Assembly (NCBI GenBank): GCA_022729235.1
Contig: JALDAJ010000001.1
Location: forward strand, 160,001-224,000
Reading direction: 5' to 3'
Origin: Candidatus Nanohalarchaeota archaeon
Lineage (GTDB): Archaea > Nanohalarchaeota > Nanosalinia > Nanosalinales > Nanosalinaceae
Length of the DNA stretch: 64,000 nt
Both the position numbers and the translations under genes were made by a program. The notes below the pieces were generated by a model. It saw nothing but the letters and a program-made list of their open reading frames with translations. It ran no database searches and was not told the origin of the DNA. Within the stretch, counting starts at the first letter, position 1; each line of letters starts with the position of its first letter. This document shows positions 37,645-47,778 of the stretch, piece after piece.

Positions 37645-39698
37645 TTCTCGAAGCCGTCCCACTCGAATTCTTCTGCCTCTTCTTCAGCCCTATCCACTAG
37701 ACCTTTCAGCCTATCCTCGATATCTTCGATAATCCCTGTATCTATGTCATATCCTTCAAGGAGCTCTCCCGTATCATAGTCTTCACTTCTGTAGAGGAAA
37801 CCTCCTACGCCCGCTATAACAAGCAGGGTTAATCCGCCTCCAACCATAAGAAACGTGTTCCTGCGGTCTATCCTGTGCTCTCTTTCAATATCCTCAAGAG
37901 CGTCACTAGCCTTCTGGTAATCCTCTTCTATATTTTCAAGGTAGTCAGAGATTTTATAGTACTCCCCATCTTCCTTTGCATCTCTTGCCCCATCTATCCT
38001 GTTCCTGAAGTCAGAGGTCTCTGATTCCAGTCTCTCCATCCTCTCACCGGATAGCACGCCTTCAAGCCGCGTTATATTTTGCTCTAGAAGTTCGAACCTG
38101 TCCTCGTACCCGGACAGATCAGACTCAAGCCGTTCTTCCTGGTCTCCCGTAGCCCTGACCGCAAGAGTTGTCTCCTCCGATACAAGGTCTCCGGCAGAAA
38201 TCACCAGGTCATAACCCCCGACATCAGCTTCATCAGTCGGTACAGTGAACATGGCTGTTGTCGAGTTGCCAGGTCTGAGTTCATCAATCGTATAAGTATC
38301 GGAGAAAAGTTCGTCAGCAGAGGCAGATATATCAGTTCCGGGAATGAAAACATCACCAGTATTCTCCACCGTTACGCTGAAAGTCGTTGATTCCCCTGCC
38401 TCTACCGAGACGTTTTCAGGGGTTGAAAAGCTGAGGTCAGGATCTGCGTCCGGGTCATAAGTGAACTCACTAGTCTCTGCTTCACTCCACCAGCCTGCAT
38501 TATCCCGGAATCTGACGTAAAGCGTGTGTTCTCCAGCATCGAGACCGGCTACCGAAGCAGTGAACTCGTCCGTGGTATCATTTATTTCAACCGGGGCGCC
38601 ATCACCGGTATCAAGACCATCATCGTTGTAGAAGTATTCCAGCTCATCCAGTCCTGAAGCATCAAATGCATCGAACTCGACAGGGAAGTTATCATTGACC
38701 AGTCCGGAGGGCATCTCAAGAGAAACTACTGTCGGCGGACTCGCGTCAAAGACAAACTCGAAAAATCCTTCCTCCTCACAGTTACCCGCCATGTCACAGA
38801 CCTCAACAGTCAGGTTTACCTCTTGATCAGTGTAGTCGTCATCTATTTCGCAGCTGGTCGTAGTATCAGTTATACCTTCCACGCTATCAATAGTATCTCC
38901 ATCCTCATCCTGGCATTCCAGGTTAACGCCTTCATCCTCACTGTTATCCGCGATTTCTATCGTAAGACTGTCACCATCCTCCCATTTATGGATTCCAGGG
39001 GACGGGGTGAAACTTGGGTCAACCTCGAAGTCAATCGTGGTATCGACCGTGAACTCCCATGTTTCAGAATCACTGTTATAACCTTCATCAAAGGCTGTAG
39101 CTTCGATAGTATACTCTCCGTCATCAAGCCCATCTCCAAGTTCTATAGTACAGGTTTCTGAATCGGAATCCGCGTCGATGCAGTCTTTCTCATCGATTTC
39201 ATCACCGTCACCGTCCTCGATAGATACCGTGATATTCTCTATATTCGACGTCTCATCGGTAGCCTCGACCTCTATTTCGGGTTCATCATCATTGGTGAAT
39301 TCATCCGGTCTCTCGAGAGAAAGCTCCGGGTTATTGTTATCTACCGTGACTTCTATTATCTCCCAGTCCTCCTCACTTTCTGTCTCGTTAGCCCTGAGTT
39401 CGTAAGTCCCTGTACCTGCATCCGACAGATCCCAGTCATAGACCCAGTCGTTATCATCTTCAGACTCGAAATCATACAGTTCGCCCCATTCGTCATCGGA
39501 GTCTTCCCGGTAAGAAAACGCGACAGGACCTGAGTCACTATTCACCGTTAGTGGGTACTCCTCCGCCATCGCATCAGATATAACACCCTCGTCCTCTGGA
39601 TCAACCCATTCAAGCGCTACCGCGGCTCCGACAAGCAGTGCTGTAGCAGAAACCAGTACTGTTAATTTGGAGACCGGGTTTTTGGTGGCGGAGAACAC
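37641..39698 (-). CDS. large acidic cell-surface protein (Ig-like repeats, coiled coil, C-terminal TM)
   Basis: Signal peptide, beta-sandwich-like repeats (GTYEL, GEYTIEATAFD, GEHTLYVRFRDNAG), VTVENTG and a C-terminal TM. Confidence 0.82.
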   Translation of the reverse strand: MFSATKNPVSKLTVLVSATALLVGAAVALEWVDPEDEGVISDAMAEEYPLTVNSDSGPVAFSYREDSDDEWGELYDFESEDDNDWVYDWDLSDAGTGTYELRANETESEEDWEIIEVTVDNNNPELSLERPDEFTNDDEPEIEVEATDETSNIENITVSIEDGDGDEIDEKDCIDADSDSETCTIELGDGLDDGEYTIEATAFDEGYNSDSETWEFTVDTTIDFEVDPSFTPSPGIHKWEDGDSLTIEIADNSEDEGVNLECQDEDGDTIDSVEGITDTTTSCEIDDDYTDQEVNLTVEVCDMAGNCEEEGFFEFVFDASPPTVVSLEMPSGLVNDNFPVEFDAFDASGLDELEYFYNDDGLDTGDGAPVEINDTTDEFTASVAGLDAGEHTLYVRFRDNAGWWSEAETSEFTYDPDADPDLSFSTPENVSVEAGESTTFSVTVENTGDVFIPGTDISASADELFSDTYTIDELRPGNSTTAMFTVPTDEADVGGYDLVISAGDLVSEETTLAVRATGDQEERLESDLSGYEDRFELLEQNITRLEGVLSGERMERLESETSDFRNRIDGARDAKEDGEYYKISDYLENIEEDYQKASDALEDIEREHRIDRRNTFLMVGGGLTLLVIAGVGGFLYRSEDYDTGELLEGYDIDTGIIEDIEDRLKGLVDRAEEEAEEFEWDGFEN

Positions 39699-39747
39699 TG
39701 TTAGACGTTTCCTCTCATACGTTTAAGTAATATTTGTCGTCAAGGCA

Positions 39748-40407
39748 CTACTGTCCCTGGAAGAAGTTGTCAAGCTCCTGCTTCTGCTCTGCTGAACCAA
39801 CTAGCAGGAGCTGGTCCTCCTCATCTATACGGATGTTGAGATCTCCTGTAAGCACCTTGTCCGGCTGTACAACAGCCACGACCTTGAACCTGTCCGGGAA
39901 GCTCCCGTCCTCCTGTATCTCCGTAACCGTTGAACCTATAAGATTAGAATCCTCCTTTATCAGCGCCTTCAGAACCTCGCGGTCGTTCTCAAGGTTGGCG
40001 AGCTTCACCAAGTAAGGGTGTTCCACGGTAGAAAGGAACTCACTGATAAGCAGGTCGGTGTGACCGATTGTCTCCGCACCGATGACCTGGAACGCGTCGT
40101 AGTATTCCTCATCCTCTACGCGGGAAACTACCTTCGGTACACCGTATTTCTTCCCGAGAGAGCATATAACCATGTTCTCATTGTCGTCCTTCGAGGTAGA
40201 AATCAGGACGTCAGCCTCGGTGATACCCGCGTCCTCCAGCGCTGATAGCGTGGAAGGTGACTTGTTGATAACCGTCGCACCGGATGACGAATACATCCTC
40301 TTGCACCTGTCCTCGTCCTCGTCGATTATAACAACATCATGCCTGTCTTCAAGCCTGCCAACGAGCCTGCGGGAGAGAGTGTTTATACCAGCTATAACGA
40401 CGTACAT
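39748..40407 (-). CDS. trkA: Trk K+ uptake regulatory subunit
   Basis: RCK-N (LEDAGITEAD, DNEN) and RCK-C domains; adjacent to trkH. The Gly-rich loop is degenerate. Confidence 0.9.
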   Translation of the reverse strand: MYVVIAGINTLSRRLVGRLEDRHDVVIIDEDEDRCKRMYSSSGATVINKSPSTLSALEDAGITEADVLISTSKDDNENMVICSLGKKYGVPKVVSRVEDEEYYDAFQVIGAETIGHTDLLISEFLSTVEHPYLVKLANLENDREVLKALIKEDSNLIGSTVTEIQEDGSFPDRFKVVAVVQPDKVLTGDLNIRIDEEDQLLLVGSAEQKQELDNFFQGQ

Positions 40408-41843
40408 TACGAAGTATCTTTGAACAGGTCGCTATTAAAGATTGCCAGAAGCGGTAGCATCTCAAGACGTCCAGCAAGCATACCCGCCATCCAGGCTACT
40501 TTGACGAGAGGCGACATCGAGACCATGTCCACACCGTCCATGTAGACCGGACCCATGTTACCTATGGAGGACACACTACCAGAGAGCGCAGCCAAGAAAG
40601 ATACATCTTCGAACGCAACCGTGACTAGCGCAAGCAGAAAAACCGCAGTGGTCCAGACAAAGAAGAGCACCGAGATAGTCCTGACCGTCGAGTTCTCCAG
40701 TATCTCACCATCAACTTTCACCTCGTTTACCGCCGTATCAGGAAGAGAATACGACCTTATACGCGTCCTCATCAGCTCTATCATCGTCTTCACACGGAAA
40801 ACCTTCACACCACCGGAGGTCGAACCTAGAGAACCCCCGCAAAACATGACACCTATGAATAAAACCTGGAGCGCAACCGAAAGACTAGCTAAAGACATCG
40901 TTGAGTAACCTGTCGATGAAATAACCGCGGCGGACTGGAATGCTGAATCCAGCAACGACGAACCAGCACCATTACCATTCCTGAAAAGCTCAATTGCCAT
41001 CAAAGCCGTAATCAACAGGAATATCTTGAGGTACAGCTTGAACTCCGAGTTCTTCCTGAGAGAAGAGATATCCCCTCGGATAACCTTGTAGAGCAGAACG
41101 AAGTTTACACCACCAATAAGCATGAAAACAACTGTAGCAGCCTCAATCGACGTGGACTCGAAGCCAGCTATACTTGACCCCATGGTAGAGAAACCACCTG
41201 TCGAAATAGCTGAGAACGCGTGAATAACCGCGTTAAACGGCGTCATCCCCAGGATTATGTAGGTAGATATTATCACCGCAGTAAGGAAACCGTAAACCTT
41301 CCACAGCGTGAAAATCGACTTTGTCAGAGAAGGTCTTATAGAGCCCGCGTCAGTCTTGTGCGCCTCCGCAGAGAAAAGACGTCGGGAGACACCTCCTGAT
41401 TCACGAAGTACCGCGATGAAGAACGTTAGAACCCCGAGACCTCCCAGCCACTGCATGAAGGAGCGCCAGAAAAGTATCGAGTTAGGGAGTTCTTCGGGCG
41501 CAAGAAACATCGAGATACCTGTCGTTGTAAGACCGGCAGCTGCCTCGAAGAACGCGTCAACCATCCCTAGATATGTGATCAGAGGTATAGCTCCGAAACC
41601 TACCGCGAGAACCCATCCCAGCACCGTTGCGAACATAGCCTCGCTGGTTGTCGGCTCCATCTTCTCGCCCCCCATCTTCACCGCGTAACCAAGCACCATC
41701 GCCGATATAGCTGCGACGACAAAACCTGAAGAGATATACAGTGGCTCAGCGTAGTAGACCGCGATCAGCAGCGGTAGCGCTATCATCACCGAGAACACCT
41801 GCAGGAAGTTCCCTACAAACCGCAGAATCACCGGTGTGCGCAT
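40407..41843 (-). CDS. trkH: Trk K+ uptake membrane subunit
   Basis: GLTTTG, QWLGGLG, STGGFS, GSTSGGVK and GRLE motifs. Confidence 0.96.
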   Translation of the reverse strand: MRTPVILRFVGNFLQVFSVMIALPLLIAVYYAEPLYISSGFVVAAISAMVLGYAVKMGGEKMEPTTSEAMFATVLGWVLAVGFGAIPLITYLGMVDAFFEAAAGLTTTGISMFLAPEELPNSILFWRSFMQWLGGLGVLTFFIAVLRESGGVSRRLFSAEAHKTDAGSIRPSLTKSIFTLWKVYGFLTAVIISTYIILGMTPFNAVIHAFSAISTGGFSTMGSSIAGFESTSIEAATVVFMLIGGVNFVLLYKVIRGDISSLRKNSEFKLYLKIFLLITALMAIELFRNGNGAGSSLLDSAFQSAAVISSTGYSTMSLASLSVALQVLFIGVMFCGGSLGSTSGGVKVFRVKTMIELMRTRIRSYSLPDTAVNEVKVDGEILENSTVRTISVLFFVWTTAVFLLALVTVAFEDVSFLAALSGSVSSIGNMGPVYMDGVDMVSMSPLVKVAWMAGMLAGRLEMLPLLAIFNSDLFKDTS

Positions 41844-41949
41844 AGTACCGAGTTACCCGGAACCGGAATAAATAAGCCAGGCTTAGAAGGGATTGAAAAG
41901 GTTTACTTTCCAATCTCAGGATGCTCGGGCAACTGAGCGGTGATACACT

Positions 41950-42324
41950 ATGCAAGTTACAATCGGAACACAGGACGGCGAAACGTTTCAAACCGAAGTA
42001 GACGACGCTTCTCAACTCACAGGAAACAAGATAGGAGACGAGATAGAAGGCGGAATCGTCGGACTCGACGGCTACACCCTCAGAATTACAGGTGGAAGCG
42101 ACAGCGACGGTTTCCCGATGAGAGAAAGCATCGACGGAACCGGCAGAAGACGCGTTCTAATAGGAGAAGGCTCCGGAATCAACGAGGAAGAAGACGGAGT
42201 CAGGAGAAGAAAATCCGTGAGAGGAAACACCATTTCCGAAGACATCCAACAGCTCAACACGCAGGTAGTAGAAGAAGGAAGCAAAAGCGTCGAAGAACTA
42301 CTCGGTGAAGAAGACGAAGAATGA
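41950..42324 (+). CDS. rps6e: 30S ribosomal protein S6e
   Basis: ITGGSDSDGFPMR and RRRKSVRGN motifs. Confidence 0.96.
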   Translation: MQVTIGTQDGETFQTEVDDASQLTGNKIGDEIEGGIVGLDGYTLRITGGSDSDGFPMRESIDGTGRRRVLIGEGSGINEEEDGVRRRKSVRGNTISEDIQQLNTQVVEEGSKSVEELLGEEDEE

Positions 42325-42376
42325 TTCGAAAATCGGAGATTTTCTACATCACACAGAAACAACGAGGTAGTTTCGA
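42325..42376 (+). repeat. two-hairpin intergenic element
   Basis: GAAAATC-gga-GATTTTC, then CAGAAAC...GTTTCGA abutting the ATG. Closely similar to 63022-63070. Confidence 0.75.
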
Positions 42377-43564
42377 ATGACAGGGACACCCGAAGTAAAC
42401 ATCGGACTGGTAGGTCACGTAGACCACGGGAAGACCACCTTGACGCAGGCTTTATCCGGTAAATGGACGGACGAGCACTCTGAAGAACTGAGAAGAGGTA
42501 TCACTATCAGGATTGGTTACGCCGACATAACATACTACGAAAACAGTGACGGCGAACTGAACGTCGACGGAGACGGAGAAGAAGTAAGAACCGTTTCACT
42601 TGTTGACGCACCAGGGCACGAAACGCTGATGGCAAACGTTCTTTCTGGAGCCGCCATAATGGACGGCGCAGTACTGCTTATCGCGGCGGACGAGGAATGC
42701 CCGCAACCACAGACACGGGAGCACCTAGCCGCGCTCGACATGATAGGTATCGACAACATCGTCATAGCGCAGAACAAGATAGACCTCGCCGATGAGGATC
42801 AGGTAAAGGAGAACTACCAGCAGATACAGGAGTTCGTGGAGGGAACGGTCGCGGAGGACGCGCCAGTTATCCCTATAAGCGCCCAGCACGGCGTCAATAT
42901 CGATGCACTACTGGAAGCTATCGACAGGGAAATCCCTACCCCCGAGAGAGAACCTGGCGCGGAGCCGAAGATGCTTGCCGCGCGCTCGTTCGACATCAAC
43001 AAGCCAGGCACGCCTATAGAAGACATCAGCGGAGGCGTAATCGGCGGAAGCCTTGTCCAGGGAGAACTGGAAGAGGGTGAAGAAATCGAGCTGAGACCTG
43101 GTAAAAGAGATGGTAAAAACTGGGAGCCGGTAACGACAACTATAGAAAGCATCATGCAGGGCTCCGAACAGACCGGTAAAGGTGATCCCGGCGGTCTACT
43201 CGCGATAGAGACCGGTCTGGACCCGTCCATGACTAAATCAGACGGTCTCGCAGGCAATGTCCTCGGACGTGAAGGAGAACTTCCGGAGACTACAAATCAG
43301 CTGGAGCTGGACGTTGACCTCATGGAAGCTCTCGTAGGGGCTGAGGAAGAGCAGGAGATAGAGAACATCAAAGAGAAGGAGACTCTGATGCTTAACGTAG
43401 GTACCCAAAAAAGCGCTGGAGCAGTTACACAGGCCGGAAAAGACGTGAGAATACAACTCAAGGTACCTGTCTGCGCAGACGAAGGAGACAGAGTGGCGAT
43501 TTCCCGGCAGATAGGCTCTCGATGGCGTTTAATCGGTCATGCGCAGATAAAGAGCCTTGAATAA
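42377..43564 (+). CDS. eif2g: translation initiation factor 2 gamma subunit
   Basis: GHVDHGKT, RGITIRIGY, DAPGHE, QNKID and RSFDINKPG motifs. Confidence 0.97.
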   Translation: MTGTPEVNIGLVGHVDHGKTTLTQALSGKWTDEHSEELRRGITIRIGYADITYYENSDGELNVDGDGEEVRTVSLVDAPGHETLMANVLSGAAIMDGAVLLIAADEECPQPQTREHLAALDMIGIDNIVIAQNKIDLADEDQVKENYQQIQEFVEGTVAEDAPVIPISAQHGVNIDALLEAIDREIPTPEREPGAEPKMLAARSFDINKPGTPIEDISGGVIGGSLVQGELEEGEEIELRPGKRDGKNWEPVTTTIESIMQGSEQTGKGDPGGLLAIETGLDPSMTKSDGLAGNVLGREGELPETTNQLELDVDLMEALVGAEEEQEIENIKEKETLMLNVGTQKSAGAVTQAGKDVRIQLKVPVCADEGDRVAISRQIGSRWRLIGHAQIKSLE

Positions 43565-43606
43565 CCACGCGGTTTTTTATAACCCAAGTATCTAGTTGAT
43601 GGTTAT

Positions 43607-45124
43607 ATGGTCCTCGACACCGCTCTGCTCGCTCCGGCGAGCGGAGAAGACGCCCTGTTAAGGGTGCTTTTTGCCCTTCTGATACTTGTATTTGGACATA
43701 TAGGTGTGAAACTTGTAGGGCTTGCATCGAGAAAGTTATGGATTCAGGGCAGAGACTTGAACAAGAAAGAGGTTAAAGAAAGACATGAAGCCCTGCAGTA
43801 CCTTACGTACCTGTTTGACGGCGCAGTAGTCGTAGTTGCTCTATTGTATCTCAACGCAGGAATTACTACGGATATAACCACGGAATTTGTACAGTTCATG
43901 CCTGAACTCCTATCTGTCATCCTACTTGGTATACTCGGAATCATACTCATCAACCTCGGTGTAAAGCTAGGGGCAGAATTCCTCGAAATCCTCGGTATGA
44001 AAAGCTACCTCCGGGAAGTAGGTCTCTCGGGAAGCGCACTAAATGTTATCGCAGGACTGGTCAAGGCGTTCCTATACCTTATCCTCCTCCAGATAGCTCT
44101 CGAACAGCTCGGTGTAGGAGAGACTTTCATCAGCGAGCTCGTGACTGCCTCATCCTGGGCTGCCGCACTACTGGCTGCAGGGCTACTTTTCTACGGGTTT
44201 AAGGATTTGTTCCAGAACTTTGCTGCAGGGATTTACCTCAAAAACTCAAGGCTAGTGAGACCTGGAGAAGAGATTAACATGGGTGATGAAACCGGAGAGA
44301 TAAAAGAGATCTCGCTCTTCAGCGCCACAGTTAATACTGACACAGGTTATACCCTGCTAACCCCTAACAAGGAGGTCATGAACTCAGATATCCGTTTCAA
44401 GAGGACTAAAAGCGACGTGGAGACCCTGGAGGATATGAAGGACTACTTCGTCGCCGAAAAGGAGTCCTACAGCGGACCTGCATCGATGGAGATGGCGCTT
44501 GATATCTTCGGCTACAGGAAAGATCAGGAAGAGATAGACGAAGCAGCGGAAAGCCTTGATCCGGAAGACCTCATCACTGCGGTAGAGGAACTGACAGAAG
44601 AAGAGGTAAGAGGTGCTTTCGTACCTCAAGAGAAGATAACAGACATAGGCGACGAATTCAAGGCATGGTTCAATGACGGGGCGTTGCTAACAACATACTT
44701 CGACCGCGAGAAACTGTTCTCCGAGTCGGGCGGAGAGTACGCTCTCTCAGTAGGCTTTGAATCCGATGAGACGCTCGTGATAGACCCGAGCTCGAAGACA
44801 GGCGGAGTTTACTACGTCAACAGGCAGAAACTCTATGAGGCGATGGAGAACAGAGGCTATCTGGTGCTCGCACCTGAGGGAACAACCGCTTACTGGCGTA
44901 TAAAGAACGATTTGATATACGGAGACAAGAACTACTACGAGGAACTCTCCAAGACCCTGGAAACACGGCTGACAAAGATTCTGAGACAGGGAAGAATACT
45001 GAAGAATGTTATGCCTTCGTCCGTGAAGAGCTACATGGAGAACTGGAGATCAGAGCGATACGTCACACGCATATGGCAACCAGAAAAACAGGGGGGAGAA
45101 AATGAGGCTTCTAAAAATAACTGA
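43607..45124 (+). CDS. MscS-family channel fused to an inactive peptidase C39-like domain
   Basis: TMs plus KDLFQNFAAG...PGEEI...PN (MscS). The C-terminal region has SYSGPASMEMAL, GEYALSVG and LVIDP. Confidence 0.75.
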   Translation: MVLDTALLAPASGEDALLRVLFALLILVFGHIGVKLVGLASRKLWIQGRDLNKKEVKERHEALQYLTYLFDGAVVVVALLYLNAGITTDITTEFVQFMPELLSVILLGILGIILINLGVKLGAEFLEILGMKSYLREVGLSGSALNVIAGLVKAFLYLILLQIALEQLGVGETFISELVTASSWAAALLAAGLLFYGFKDLFQNFAAGIYLKNSRLVRPGEEINMGDETGEIKEISLFSATVNTDTGYTLLTPNKEVMNSDIRFKRTKSDVETLEDMKDYFVAEKESYSGPASMEMALDIFGYRKDQEEIDEAAESLDPEDLITAVEELTEEEVRGAFVPQEKITDIGDEFKAWFNDGALLTTYFDREKLFSESGGEYALSVGFESDETLVIDPSSKTGGVYYVNRQKLYEAMENRGYLVLAPEGTTAYWRIKNDLIYGDKNYYEELSKTLETRLTKILRQGRILKNVMPSSVKSYMENWRSERYVTRIWQPEKQGGENEASKNN

Positions 45125-45905
45125 CCAGGAGCACGGTCAACTCGATAGAGAGTTCGATGAGGTAGAATCGGCCGGAATCGATGATATATCACCCCAGATA
45201 ATAAACGGGGAGAAAAGCGTAGTTGTCAATGGTAGTTCGATATCAGATTACAACTCGGCCTTCCTTGAGATACCCTCGAAAAATGCGATATTCGGGCGTG
45301 TGCTGCTAGAAGCTATAGAGGAGGAGAATGTTACAGTCAACTATCCTTCGATAGCCTTTTTCGTAATGGCCAAGAAAAACTATCTCTACTACGTCCTACA
45401 CCAGAAAGACATTCCTGCCCCGAGGACAGTAGCAGTTGCATCAGAGAAGGCAGCCAGAAATGTAGAGAAAGAGTTGAAAGGACCGCTAGTTGCCAGGCGG
45501 ATAGAAGACATGGAAGAGGTAGAAAGGAAAAAACTGGAGACGGTTGACGGGATACACGATTTCGCGGAAGGATCGGAATACGAGGAAGATATACTCCTCT
45601 TCCACGAGTACAGCAACGGGGATAAATACAAGTGCCTCGTAATCGGGGACAGTATCTTATCTCTCCAGGACACCTCAGACAACTGGAGGTTTGATAATAG
45701 CAGTCTCCAGTACTCCAACCTTTCCAGCGACCGGAAGGAGACTGTTAAAAAGGCGGCAAGAGCTGTCGGAACCAGGTACGCAGAAGTGATACTTAGAGGA
45801 GACGAGATAACCGATATCAACCCCAACCCCGACCTCCAGATGTACTCAGATCTCTCAGGTAAAAACATCTACGGCAGTGTCGCGGAGGTCCTGAAAAATG
45901 AGTGA
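45102..45905 (+). CDS. RimK-like ATP-grasp protein, degenerate active site
   Basis: VNYPS...AKKNY...IPAPRT pattern, but lacks the K-x-x-x-G-x-x-G loop and has TDINPNP in place of EVN. Confidence 0.72.
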   Translation: MRLLKITDQEHGQLDREFDEVESAGIDDISPQIINGEKSVVVNGSSISDYNSAFLEIPSKNAIFGRVLLEAIEEENVTVNYPSIAFFVMAKKNYLYYVLHQKDIPAPRTVAVASEKAARNVEKELKGPLVARRIEDMEEVERKKLETVDGIHDFAEGSEYEEDILLFHEYSNGDKYKCLVIGDSILSLQDTSDNWRFDNSSLQYSNLSSDRKETVKKAARAVGTRYAEVILRGDEITDINPNPDLQMYSDLSGKNIYGSVAEVLKNE

Positions 45906-46788
45906 CACAAGGCTCGCAATAGTATACGGGGAAATCTCGACCAAGCACCAGCTAATTATGGAACGGGCAGAAGACATCTTCGACTCCGTTCTCGCAGCAC
46001 CGGTAGACGGATTAAAATACATCTACGGCAAGGACGAGACAAAAGTGCTTTACAAAGATATCGACCTCACCGAGTTCGACGCGGTCTACATAAGAATAGA
46101 TGACCGAGACGCTATGTTTGCGGAGCACCTTGTAGAAGTACTGAATGAGGAAGAAGTTATCACCCAGGCTGAGAACGACACATTTGCGTATGACTCCAAC
46201 AAGTTCTACAACATGAAAGTGCTTGCAGAAAACGGGGTGAACGTACCCGACTCCGTATACACTCTATCACCTGATGTAGCCGTTGAAGCAGCGGAGAAAC
46301 TTGGATACCCGGTTATAATGAAGACTGTCAAAGGCGCAGGCGGGGAAGGCGTTATGCGCGCAACATCCGAGAACGAACTAAAACCTGTGATGGATACGAT
46401 GAAATCACTGGAGCAAGAGATCTGTCTCCAGGAGTACAAGGAGCACGACGGCAGTGACACCCGGATGGTCGTGATAGGCAATCACGTAACAGGATACGGT
46501 CGTACCTCAGGCGGAGACGACTGGAGGTCAAATATATCTGCAGGAGGAGAACGAACAGAAGCAGAAATAGATGAGGAGAAAAGAGAGATAGCACTGAAAG
46601 CAGCCCGGTCAACCGGTTTCGATATATGCGGATGCGACATGATAGATACGGAAGAAGGCTTCTACGTCCTGGAAGTCAACGGAGCCTTCGCAGTTAACGA
46701 AAAAATGAACGAGATAATAGGCGATGACGTTATACTACGCCTAGTTGAAAGGATGCACGAGAAGGCTATTGAAAAGAATCGTGACTAA
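45898..46788 (+). CDS. RimK/LysX-family ATP-grasp ligase
   Basis: NKFY, LGYPVIMKTVKGAGGEGV, LQEY, DTR, DWRSNISAGG, GCD and LEVN motifs. Confidence 0.93.
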   Translation: MSDTRLAIVYGEISTKHQLIMERAEDIFDSVLAAPVDGLKYIYGKDETKVLYKDIDLTEFDAVYIRIDDRDAMFAEHLVEVLNEEEVITQAENDTFAYDSNKFYNMKVLAENGVNVPDSVYTLSPDVAVEAAEKLGYPVIMKTVKGAGGEGVMRATSENELKPVMDTMKSLEQEICLQEYKEHDGSDTRMVVIGNHVTGYGRTSGGDDWRSNISAGGERTEAEIDEEKREIALKAARSTGFDICGCDMIDTEEGFYVLEVNGAFAVNEKMNEIIGDDVILRLVERMHEKAIEKNRD

Positions 46789-47717
46789 CCCATAGATACC
46801 AGAGTTTCAACAAGCCCTTCTACAGTCGGAAGCTTCCGCTTCTTAATCTCTTCATCTTCATAGAAAGCGAGACCTGGCTTCGAATTGAATTCCAGAACCC
46901 ACGGCTTACCATCACTATCGATCATCATATCGACCGAGTATAGACAGGGCTCGTATTTACTGAATTTCTCTTTGACACCCTGAACAGTATCCAGAGCTGT
47001 CTCAGGAACTTCCTCAAGATCAACAAAAGTGATTTCACCCCCAAGATGCACATTACTCAGGAGCCCTTCATCCGGCGTCCTTATATAGGCGAGAGTGTTC
47101 TCCCCGTTCAAAACATAGACCCTTAGATCGTGGACTCCCTCGATACCCAGCTCTTCGATACCTTCAGTCTCTATGAAGCGTTGTACGAGCAGATCTTCTT
47201 CAGGTTCGAACTCTGAGATGTCCTCTATGACCTCTATACCTTTCCCTCCAAAATCGTATCTAGGCTTCACGATAACACGGTCATACTTCTCCAGCATATC
47301 TTTGACCGTCTTCCTATCCGCCTTCTTTGTCTCAGGAATAATACCAGGAAACTCTTGATAGGTTAGAAGCTTATCCTTGCATATCTCCTCAAGATCAAAG
47401 CGGTTCAATACCGGGAGAGCTCTGTTCAACTTTTTCTTCAGCGGAACTGTTTCATCATCAAATTTGAACTTATCGAAAACCACGTCTAACTCAACATCTT
47501 CGACCTCTCTCCAGCCCCCGTCTCTATAAGTAAACCCCTTTCTCAGCCCTGTATCTTCTATCCAGTTAAAATTAGCGATAAAGACCTTACCTCCTCTCTC
47601 TTCAGCAATCTCTGAGAAAATAGCGTAAGACGAGTTCATGTGATCTATATCTTCCCGAAACGGTCTACCTTCCTCACCATTAACCTCATCATCCCAGAGA
47701 ACACTGATTTTCTTCAT
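46785..47717 (-). CDS. ATP-grasp ligase
   Basis: CKDKLLTY, VKPRYDFGGKGI, LVQRFI, HDLR, SNVHLGG, SVD and LEFNSKPG motifs. ATG at 47717. Confidence 0.9.
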   Translation of the reverse strand: MKKISVLWDDEVNGEEGRPFREDIDHMNSSYAIFSEIAEERGGKVFIANFNWIEDTGLRKGFTYRDGGWREVEDVELDVVFDKFKFDDETVPLKKKLNRALPVLNRFDLEEICKDKLLTYQEFPGIIPETKKADRKTVKDMLEKYDRVIVKPRYDFGGKGIEVIEDISEFEPEEDLLVQRFIETEGIEELGIEGVHDLRVYVLNGENTLAYIRTPDEGLLSNVHLGGEITFVDLEEVPETALDTVQGVKEKFSKYEPCLYSVDMMIDSDGKPWVLEFNSKPGLAFYEDEEIKKRKLPTVEGLVETLVSMG

Positions 47718-47778
47718 AGAACAATCCGGTACTTCACCGCTTAAGTCACTTTTTAACAAGCGATAGGCAAGATATATT

